Source of the DNA: a virus
Taxonomy: Duplodnaviria; Caudoviricetes
Length of the DNA: 25,769 nucleotides
Virus record (IMG/VR): IMGVR_UViG_3300018079_000036
Coordinates: 1 to 25,769 of that record
Reading direction: 5' to 3' (one strand)
A program made the position numbers and the translations under genes. Shown here piece by piece: positions 17,938 to 24,854 of this stretch; the first letter of the stretch is position 1, and each line of letters begins with the position of its first letter. Below the pieces are notes generated by a model. It saw only the letters and a program-made list of their open reading frames with translations, was not told the DNA's origin and made no database searches.

Positions 17938-18548
17938 CCGTTGGCATGGCGATCCATGTCAGCAAGGTCAGCGAGAATGTCGCGGGCCGCAGTGCGTCGC
18001 TTCATCTTCCCCTGAACTCGACCAGAGGAAGGGTTGGCCGTCCCTTCTTCCTCCCTACCACCCTGAACAACAGCACGACCCGGTTTCGAAGAAATCGAGG
18101 TCGCATTTCTTGTGGATTCTTTAGGTGGATTCAGTTCGGAGGCTTCCTTCGGAGGATTAGTGCGGGTTGAGTCGACATTCGTGTCGACTGGTTCGACACT
18201 CACTGTCGATTGAATCGACGATAGTGTCGACTGGCTCGACATTACGTAGTCGTTCCACGCTTTGCGATAGTCGATTCTCCAGACAGTGGCGCGTCCCTTC
18301 CTTTCTCCCGTGTCCGCGATCCAACCCATGCGCTGGAGCTTTTCCCAGGTGGCATAGACCGCATCGCGCGAGCATCCAAGACGCTCGGCTATGTAAGTGG
18401 CTCCGGCGAAGAATGTGGCCTTGTTCGCTCCATAGGCAAGATTCATGCAGAAGTAGGCGACGCGCGCTTCTGCATGGGTGAATAGGTCGGGGCTCTCGAT
18501 AATGAAGTCGTTGATTTTGTGCATGTTGATTTTGGTCTCTAATGGCAT
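17928..18548 (-). CDS. HTH protein, probable phage replication initiator (O-like)
   Basis: N-terminal wHTH (GATYIAERLGCSRDAVYATWEKLQRMGWI), followed by a low-complexity linker that encodes DNA repeats; RBS AGGGAG. Confidence 0.75.
   Translation of the reverse strand: MPLETKINMHKINDFIIESPDLFTHAEARVAYFCMNLAYGANKATFFAGATYIAERLGCSRDAVYATWEKLQRMGWIADTGERKGRATVWRIDYRKAWNDYVMSSQSTLSSIQSTVSVEPVDTNVDSTRTNPPKEASELNPPKESTRNATSISSKPGRAVVQGGREEEGTANPSSGRVQGKMKRRTAARDILADLADMDRHANGWW
18161..18241. repeat. Palindromic iteron-like repeats TGTCGA-N5-TCGACA (probable replication origin)
   Basis: Copies at 18182-18198, 18204-18220 and 18225-18241, plus a degenerate copy at 18161-18177; spaced 21-22 bp. Confidence 0.7.
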
Positions 18549-18850
18549 CTAGTTCTCCCTTTTGGTTCCTATACGATTTCCTTCGTGCGCTCCCCGCGCG
18601 CTCCGGCCGGGAGCTACCCGGCCGGAAACAATGCGCGTATAGGGGGAGAATCAACCCCGATTGCGCGGGGTCTTGTGTCCTGGTTCGTCCGCTCACGCCA
18701 GGACAGGAGCCTTTTAGTAACGACGTTACTCGCGCCGGAGCGGTCTCCCTTGTTCCCTACCGCTCGCGCTCGTTGTTCGCGAGCGGAGGGAGTTTTGTTC
18801 AGAGGATTAGTCCACGAGTAGGAGCGCGTCTGTTCGACGCGCGCTCCAAT
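18549..18850 (-). ncRNA. Putative ~300-nt structured 5' leader/ncRNA upstream of the replication gene
   Basis: No credible ORF; at least six stems; an anti-SD stem pairs with the RBS; lies directly downstream of a good promoter. Confidence 0.55.
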
Positions 18851-18855
18851 AGGGA

Positions 18856-18885
18856 ATCATAAGACTTCTTGCGGGTCAAAGTCAA
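18856..18885 (-). promoter_or_regulatory. Sigma70-type promoter TTGACT-N18-TATGAT
   Basis: Both hexamers are 5/6 consensus, in an AT-richer intergenic patch, pointing at the leader and replication gene. Confidence 0.65.
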
Positions 18886-18919
18886 GACGAATCGACCTGT
18901 TTCGGTGTATCGTCCCCTT

Positions 18920-19285
18920 CTATTGGCTTCCTTGTTCGAGGAACGCTTCTCGCATCAACGACGCGATGGTGCGTTCTCGCTGAGAACCGTTCCTGGACAA
19001 GACAGCTACCGATCGCAAGATCCGCTCGCGGACGATTCGCATTCCAGTATTGTCGGGCACTTCGCGTTCTAGCGATCGGACGCGCCCGAGATTCGAGACC
19101 TCGTACGCGTCTTCATAGCCAACGATCGGTCGGAACTCCTCCCCGGGTAACGGGGTCGGGTCGAGATAGCGCTCGCTGTTGAGCTCGATCACGGGGCCGG
19201 TGCCAATCCGCTGCGGAAGACACTCAGCGTCTATTGGTTCGTCCAACTGATCCTGCTCTTCGTACCAATGCTTGATGTGGCTCAT
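18920..19285 (-). CDS. NUMOD4-domain protein lacking an HNH nuclease domain
   Basis: EEFRPIVGYEDAYEVSNLGRVRSLER is the NUMOD4 signature; the ORF stops just after LMREAFL. Start placed at ATG 19285 (RBS GAGGAG). Confidence 0.85.
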   Translation of the reverse strand: MSHIKHWYEEQDQLDEPIDAECLPQRIGTGPVIELNSERYLDPTPLPGEEFRPIVGYEDAYEVSNLGRVRSLEREVPDNTGMRIVRERILRSVAVLSRNGSQRERTIASLMREAFLEQGSQ

Positions 19286-19605
19286 GTTCGTCTCCTCAAC
19301 ACACACCGATGGGGATCGTCGAGAAGCTCTCGACGCGTATCGACTATTTGGTTCTGTCTGGTGATCCCTGCGAGCGAGTCGCGGGGTTCGGTGGGAGACG
19401 CAGCGACTGAAACGCGCTCTTCGTCTCTACACAAGTAATAAGATAATCGAGGGCACTTTGTCCAGGCGAATCTGAGGGGACGATCCTTCCAATCTCGGGT
19501 AGCCGGAGGGTCAGGTCGAGAGTCGATCGCTCGCCACAGCGGAACGTCGAGCGCCAGGCACGCTATCCTGCGTCAGTCCGTGCTTGTGGATCCAAGGAGC
19601 GTGTC

Positions 19606-20367
19606 ATGCAGATTTTCGTGGGTTGGTCTGGAGCGCAAAGCCACGCGGTGGCATTGGCCATGCGCGACTGGTTGCCGACGGTGCTCCCGTTTGCTGAGCC
19701 TTGGGTCTCTTCGGAGGACATCGCGAAGGGAAACCGCTGGTCAGCCGAGATCGCTCGTGAATTGGCGGAGTCGGACTTTGGCATCGTTTGCGTTGATGCG
19801 GGGAACTTTCAAAGTCCGTGGCTGAATTTCGAAGCAGGGGCCATCGCTGGCGCCCTGAAGGATCGTCGTCTCGCGCCGCTACTCGTGGGAATAGGCACAT
19901 CGGAGCTTCAAGGAAGCCCTCTGCTGCAATTCCAGTGCACCTCCGTCAGTAAGGAAGATCTTCTAAAGCTCGCCCGATCCATCAATGAGGTGTCTTCAAC
20001 TCCAATCGCGGAGGCCAGACTTGCCCAGTCATTCGACGTGTGTTGGCCGGGGATTGAGGCGCGTTTCAAAGCAATACCCAAGGGCCAAAGGCAGCCCCAA
20101 GCTCCCGCGCGGTCGAGTGAAGGCGCACTTGGTGAGAAGGAACACCGAATCCTCAAGGTTCTGTCTGATAACGAATCCGTAGATGGGGGTCTTGTTGCCG
20201 ATGAACTGGCAGGGCAGATCCAAGAGAATTTGACACGAACCAAGCACTACATCAGTCGTCTTCACGAGCGCGGACTTCTTGAGGAGCACTACAACCCCAT
20301 CGGACCCAGTTCATACTCTCTCAGAGATGAGGGTCGCAGCTATCTCGTGGAGCACGAATTGGTGTGA
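19606..20367 (+). CDS. TIR-domain protein with C-terminal winged helix
   Basis: IFVGWSG...DIAKGNRW...FGIVCV...SPWLNFEAGA (putative catalytic Glu); C-terminal LVADELAGQIQENLTRTKHYISRLHERGLL...YSLRDEGRSYL; RBS AAGGAG. Confidence 0.9.
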   Translation: MQIFVGWSGAQSHAVALAMRDWLPTVLPFAEPWVSSEDIAKGNRWSAEIARELAESDFGIVCVDAGNFQSPWLNFEAGAIAGALKDRRLAPLLVGIGTSELQGSPLLQFQCTSVSKEDLLKLARSINEVSSTPIAEARLAQSFDVCWPGIEARFKAIPKGQRQPQAPARSSEGALGEKEHRILKVLSDNESVDGGLVADELAGQIQENLTRTKHYISRLHERGLLEEHYNPIGPSSYSLRDEGRSYLVEHELV

Positions 20368-21092
20368 AGCGCGAATCGACCTACCAGCTCAAGCGACGGG
20401 ACCTAGAGGGCATCCTCTTTGCCGACAATGCCGACGTCCGCTCACGATTCAGGGAGGAGTTTGGCGACCTAATTGAGAGGTTCCTCGATACGTCGACGCG
20501 CGCGATTGGAGGAGTGCATAGGTTTGGCGAAGGACTCGCCAAGGAACTACGCGCTGCTTGGGTCGAGGCGTTTCTCCATTCTGCCTTCAACAGTTCACTT
20601 ACGTCGTGCCACCTGTTTATTTCTGGCTTTCAGATTCCGGCGGGAAACCTGATGCGCCACTACAGTGAGGCATACGCGATGGCTCTACTTTGTTCGCATC
20701 ATGCAATCGACGTCTTCGAGCGATTCGACCGAGACCCTACAAGATTTCGAGTTGATACCGCGCTGGGACTTGTCCAGCGAAAGCGGAACCGAGAGATCCT
20801 AGGAGTCAACGCGCAAGGGTGGAAAACCTTTGATGAAATCTCCAAATTCTATGACCAGTACAGTCACGCTGGCGGCCTTTCGCTAGCGACACAGAGAAAG
20901 TTATCGCCACCAGGCGGCTTCATACATGGTGGTGAGTTCGATGAGGGCAAGCGTGTAGCGTATCGGAAGGAGCTGCCGCTGCGGGTAGGTTCGATGGTTC
21001 GGCTGCTTGAGCTGGCAACGGTTGTCCGAGAGAACGTGAAGGCTGCGCAGGCCGTCCGCTTGTTCGAACCCGGGACTGATGAGCCGCGTTAG
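20364..21092 (+). CDS. Helical protein, probable divergent HEPN (DUF5677-like)
   Basis: GTGA overlap with the TIR gene; GFQIPAGNLMRHYSE and FYDQYSH resemble the 'a..l.R...E' and 'Y......H' motifs of divergent HEPN families. The family call is tentative. Confidence 0.55.
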   Translation: MKRESTYQLKRRDLEGILFADNADVRSRFREEFGDLIERFLDTSTRAIGGVHRFGEGLAKELRAAWVEAFLHSAFNSSLTSCHLFISGFQIPAGNLMRHYSEAYAMALLCSHHAIDVFERFDRDPTRFRVDTALGLVQRKRNREILGVNAQGWKTFDEISKFYDQYSHAGGLSLATQRKLSPPGGFIHGGEFDEGKRVAYRKELPLRVGSMVRLLELATVVRENVKAAQAVRLFEPGTDEPR

Positions 21093-21150
21093 CGCCTCTA
21101 GCCTGTCCTGCACCAGTCTGTGTTGGTCTTATCAAGTGTGGAGACGCCGG

Positions 21151-21533
21151 ATGTACTCTGGCTATCAACTGTGCGATCAGCTGAAGCCAAAGCAGAGGTG
21201 CTTTCGGTTGAGAGAATTCAAGCAGGGTGAGTATCATGATCTCATCATGAACACATTCCCGCGCATCGAATCAGCCGAGATAACGCAATTCAGATGATGA
21301 AAGCGCTGATCGTGCGACACGAGCAGCCCCACGCCTCAACCATTCTCCATAGCTATCTCAATGAGCGGGGAAGGAATCCAGTAGCCCATCGCGCCTGTCT
21401 ATACGTGACCGATTACCCGGAACCTGGCGTCATGCGATCGTACTGCTCTGGTTCGTTTGTGAGTGCCTGGATGGACGAAGTCCTTATTCCCTCTGACTTC
21501 AGGCAGTCGGCATCGGCACCGCGGTTCAGCTAG
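21151..21533 (+). pseudogene. Small hypothetical gene (~127 aa) split by a 1-nt frameshift near 21243-21246
   Basis: ATG 21151 with RBS GGAG gives MYSGYQLCDQLKPKQRCFRLREFKQGEYHDL. The -1 frame continues HEHIPAHRISRDNAIQMMKALIVR... to TAG 21533. Span is 383 nt (3n+2). Confidence 0.55.
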
Positions 21534-21544
21534 GTATTAGTTTC

Positions 21545-22327
21545 ATGGGAGTCGCCACAGAAACCTACCAGAACTACTTCGCCAATCGACGATATGTCGC
21601 GTTCATCGACATCCTTGGTTTCTCCGCCCTCGTCAAGCGGGTTCACAGCGAGCGTCATCTCTTTGAGGAGATACTCGCGATCTTGAGGGAGGTCGCGGCA
21701 TACCGACCCGAAGTAGTCGAGGGAGGCCCGACCGATCTGTGGAAGAACATGCTGTCGGCAACAGCCTTTTCGGACAACATTGTTTTGTCGTCTGAAGCTC
21801 GCTACAGCCCTGCACTCATCGCGATGGCAAGTTCCATTCTTTGCCTTCGTCTCCTCGGGCTAGGAGTCTTCACTCGCGGCGGTATCACCTGCGGTTCGCT
21901 TTATCACGATGAGCATGTCGTGTTTGGGGACGCGCTGATTGAGGCGTACGAACTCGAGCGCAGCGTTGCGCGCTATCCGCGAATCGTACTAGATCGCACC
22001 GTCGCCTCGGTGCTCCTAAACCAGCCCGCTCCAGGGGTTCCTGACCTCCGACGAATTGATTTCGATGGCATTGCGCATCTCCACTACCTGAGCCCAGGGA
22101 TAAAGGGGTTTTTGCCGGTTCTCTTTCCAAAAGGGAATGCAGCCGCTGCCTCCGCTTCGTTGGCCTTCGATCCGGACACCGTGCGCAAGGTCGTAGAGTC
22201 AGCTCTCATCAAAGAGGCGGATCGAGGCATTCGCTCGAAGCTGATCTGGTTCGCGCGCTACTTCAATGAATACGCAGAGAGCTTGGGGCTGAACCCGGTT
22301 GGGCTTGAAGCTGGGATCGTGGCCTAG
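21545..22327 (+). CDS. Stand-alone class III adenylate/guanylate cyclase-like protein
   Basis: VAFIDILGF (first metal-binding Asp), FSDNIVLS (second Asp), RGGITCG, VFGDALIEAYELE, ARYPRIVL. Confidence 0.8.
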   Translation: MGVATETYQNYFANRRYVAFIDILGFSALVKRVHSERHLFEEILAILREVAAYRPEVVEGGPTDLWKNMLSATAFSDNIVLSSEARYSPALIAMASSILCLRLLGLGVFTRGGITCGSLYHDEHVVFGDALIEAYELERSVARYPRIVLDRTVASVLLNQPAPGVPDLRRIDFDGIAHLHYLSPGIKGFLPVLFPKGNAAAASASLAFDPDTVRKVVESALIKEADRGIRSKLIWFARYFNEYAESLGLNPVGLEAGIVA

Positions 22328-22451
22328 CAACCAGCCCGGTCGGGGATTCCTGAAATTCTCCTGGTGCTCAGCCAAACGCCGTCTCTCGGACCGCGTAAGC
22401 TCTACTTGCCGCTTGGACTTTCTGTCCGGTCCAGTCTCGGGCGAAAACCCA

Positions 22452-22480
22452 TTGTAGATAGCCAACATAGCCGGTATTCT
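22452..22480 (+). promoter_or_regulatory. Possible sigma70 promoter TTGTAG-N17-TATTCT for the R-M operon
   Basis: Partial consensus with 17-bp spacing, 26 bp upstream of the MTase GTG (RBS GGGGAG). Confidence 0.4.
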
Positions 22481-22506
22481 GCGAGTGCTTCGATGGGGGA
22501 GCAGGC

Positions 22507-23529
22507 GTGGCGCGGAAGTCTGTCCGGAGGCCGAGGAAGAAGCCGGTTCAACTGGCTGTAGTGAAGTCCGCTCCGCCTCTCCCGCTTGCCAGGCCCAAAC
22601 CCTCACAACACCCCTGGCGTCTTCTCCAGCCCGAGCCGGCCTACACGACGGATTTCGGGGCGATGGTCAACGCCGATTCCTCTGAGGCCCTGGCTGCCCT
22701 TCCGAAAGAAAGCGTCGACCTCGTAGTTACATCTCCCCCCTACGCGCTCCACTTCAAGAAGGAATACGGGAACGCGGAGAAGTCGGACTACGTCAATTGG
22801 TTTAGGCCATTCGCAACGCAGATACTTCGAGTCCTAAAGAAGGACGGCAGCTTCGTTCTCAACATCGGCGGCAGCTACAACCCAGGCATTCCAACTCGCT
22901 CCCTGTATCACTTCCGTCTACTGCTGATGCTCTGCGACGACCTGGGCTTCCACTTGGCCCAGGAATGCTTTTGGTTCAATCCGGCGAAGCTACCCAGCCC
23001 TGCTGAATGGGTGAACGTCCGCCGCATTCGCATCAAGGATTCCGTCGAGTATGTCTGGTGGATGTCCAAGACACCCCATCCGAAGGCCGACAATAAGCAG
23101 GTTCTTGAGGAGTACAGCCCCGACATGCGCCGACTTCTTCAGCGCGGATACCGCGCGAAGGACCGGCCCAGCGGTCACAAAATTACTGCCAAGTTCTCAT
23201 TCGACCACGGCGGTTCGATACCGTCGAATGTTCTCGAACGCGGGAACAATGAGAGCAACTCGCTCTACATAAGGTTGTGCGAAGAGCACGGGATGAAGCC
23301 GCATCCTGCAAGATTCCCTGCGGCCCTACCCGAGTTCTACATCAAGTTCCTGACCAAGCCTGGGGATTTGGTGATTGACCCGTTCGCCGGGAGCAATACA
23401 ACCGGCGCTGTAGCGGAGGCCCTCCAGCGGCGTTGGCTGGCGTTCGAGACTGAGCCGAAGTACATTGAGAATTCCAAACTGCGATTCGGAATACCCCCCG
23501 AAAACGCCACGGAATGCTCAACGGCCTAG
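22507..23529 (+). CDS. Type II N4-cytosine DNA methyltransferase (beta class, M.PvuII-like)
   Basis: VVTSPPY (SPPY suggests N4C), [16 protein letters not shown]. Confidence 0.93.
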   Translation: MARKSVRRPRKKPVQLAVVKSAPPLPLARPKPSQHPWRLLQPEPAYTTDFGAMVNADSSEALAALPKESVDLVVTSPPYALHFKKEYGNAEKSDYVNWFRPFATQILRVLKKDGSFVLNIGGSYNPGIPTRSLYHFRLLLMLCDDLGFHLAQECFWFNPAKLPSPAEWVNVRRIRIKDSVEYVWWMSKTPHPKADNKQVLEEYSPDMRRLLQRGYRAKDRPSGHKITAKFSFDHGGSIPSNVLERGNNESNSLYIRLCEEHGMKPHPARFPAALPEFYIKFLTKPGDLVIDPFAGSNTTGAVAEALQRRWLAFETEPKYIENSKLRFGIPPENATECSTA

Positions 23530-24518
23530 AAGACGTCACTGCCACGGTCTCGGCTGTCTATCAGTCGCGCGAGATTCCAAAGTACCTTCGACTACTGCTC
23601 TCGGTTCGCGAACTGAAAAAGGGGGCGGACCCGAGGGTTCTGGCGAAGACCCTCAAGACAACGGCTAAGCGGCTGAAGGCAATCTCATCGTCGAGGGACC
23701 CTATCAAGGAGGTCCTGAAGACGACCCTCGCCGCGGCGGCAGAACCGACGAATCTGTCAAAGGCCAGAAAGAACCTCGGACAGATGCTCTTGGGAACGAT
23801 TTCAGAGAGAGCCTTTGAAGACACTTACAAGAAGACGATGGGAGCTGGAGACCTTCGTCTGGAAGACTCGCGAGAGGGACGGACTGATACTGACTACCGA
23901 GTTCTAGACGGCCAGAATCGTCAAGTCTTTCGAATCAACATCAAGTTTCACGGAAGCCAATTCCGCAACGCGAAGGAATTGGTTGGCCTCGAGCCCGAAG
24001 ATTGCTTCGCCCTGGCTACGTACAAGATTCAGCAGGGCCTTCAGAAGCACGAAGCAGAGGCTCTGCCCTACCTCTTCGTCGTTGTCGGAGTTCCAGGATT
24101 ACGCGGCGAGACCGTCGGAGAACAGCTCCCCAGTTCCTTGGCGCATTTCTGCTCCTTGGTACTTCAATCCGAAATGCCGGGAAAGCGAGCCGTCGAAGAC
24201 GAGGTGGTACGACACCTGGTCGACGACCATCAACCCCACAAAGTCAAGAGCATCGTCGCTGGCTTCCGAGAGCAAATCGACAAGGCCCCTTGGTCCGTTC
24301 TTTCGGCTCGCAAAGCGGATGCTTTGCTGCGCAAGCTGCTCTTTGAACGGGTGTATGCGGTCCGAGTCCGGGGCTTCGCCATGAACTACCGTGGAGCCGA
24401 ACTGGACATGCACTTCTCGATTTCGAAGGACCTTACCCCTCTCGACAACTTCCTGAAGCATCTCAGCGAACGCGGGCTTCAGGGCCTCGCGACCCTCCTC
24501 GAAAGAGGCGACGTGTAG
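23514..24518 (+). CDS. Putative type II restriction endonuclease (PD-(D/E)xK-like)
   Basis: Overlaps the MTase stop by 16 bp; GTISERAFE...TDTDYRV...RINIKFHG resembles an E...D...(N)xK catalytic core. Confidence 0.65.
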   Translation: MLNGLEDVTATVSAVYQSREIPKYLRLLLSVRELKKGADPRVLAKTLKTTAKRLKAISSSRDPIKEVLKTTLAAAAEPTNLSKARKNLGQMLLGTISERAFEDTYKKTMGAGDLRLEDSREGRTDTDYRVLDGQNRQVFRINIKFHGSQFRNAKELVGLEPEDCFALATYKIQQGLQKHEAEALPYLFVVVGVPGLRGETVGEQLPSSLAHFCSLVLQSEMPGKRAVEDEVVRHLVDDHQPHKVKSIVAGFREQIDKAPWSVLSARKADALLRKLLFERVYAVRVRGFAMNYRGAELDMHFSISKDLTPLDNFLKHLSERGLQGLATLLERGDV

Positions 24519-24568
24519 GGCTCCCTCTGCATATAATCTCCCCATCTGAGCCAGGTGAGGAGGTCAGT

Positions 24569-24805
24569 GTGGTTGCGCAGAAGGAAATCTGGAAGGTGTT
24601 GGAGACCGGACTCAAGCCGGACAGCTGGACGTCTCTAGATGAGATTTATCGACTCGTGCAGAGCAAGGCGCGAGTTGGTACGAGTGAGCCGCACCTGCCG
24701 TGGAAACGAAACGTAAGGAACGTCCTTCAGCGGCGAAAGAAGTCCGGCGAGGTCGCCTGGGACGGAAAGGGTTCCTACCGACTCTCGCGCGGAGACTCTG
24801 CGTAG
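24569..24805 (+). CDS. Small winged-helix protein (HARE-HTH/Mrr-N-like)
   Basis: SLDEIYRLVQ...WKRNVRNVLQ...GKGSYRL; strong RBS GAGGAGGT; TATAAT at 24532-24537. Confidence 0.65.
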   Translation: MVAQKEIWKVLETGLKPDSWTSLDEIYRLVQSKARVGTSEPHLPWKRNVRNVLQRRKKSGEVAWDGKGSYRLSRGDSA

Positions 24806-24854
24806 GATTTGTGGCTCACACCAACCCGATTCGATCAGCCGCGTCAACGTTTCG

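Larger units (their letters stand above)
1..19440 (-). mobile_element. HK97-like siphovirus prophage (partial; extends beyond left edge, right boundary uncertain)
   Basis: Syntenic terS-terL-portal-protease-capsid-neck-tail-TMP-Dit-tail tip, all on the minus strand and tightly coupled, preceded by replication and MTase genes. No att sites or integrase seen. Confidence 0.93.

Noticed and set aside
18161-18241. CRISPR-like repeats
   Set aside because: Units are 17 bp with 4-5 bp gaps, inside a CDS, with no spacers or cas genes; iterons explain them better.
18751-18835. LexA (SOS) boxes from repeated GAAC/GTTC
   Set aside because: Spacings fit neither GAAC-N4-GTTC nor GTTC-N7-GTTC.
1-19285. 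TAG stop-codon reassignment (genetic code 15)
   Set aside because: Long genes (TMP, tail tip, portal, terL) contain no internal TAG, and TAG ends genes at their expected family lengths.
19606-22327. Calling the cluster canonical Pycsar, CBASS or Thoeris
   Set aside because: No cNMP-binding domain, CD-NTase motif or ThsA-like SIR2/Macro protein is recognisable.
21085-22340. Integron cassette array (GTTAGCG at ~21088; GCCTAGC near 22322)
   Set aside because: No paired RYYYAAC...GTTRRRY with an intervening attC palindrome, and no integrase seen.
22415-22427. C-box-like GGACT-TTC-TGTCC upstream of the R-M operon
   Set aside because: Single imperfect copy and no controller (C) gene; may be chance.
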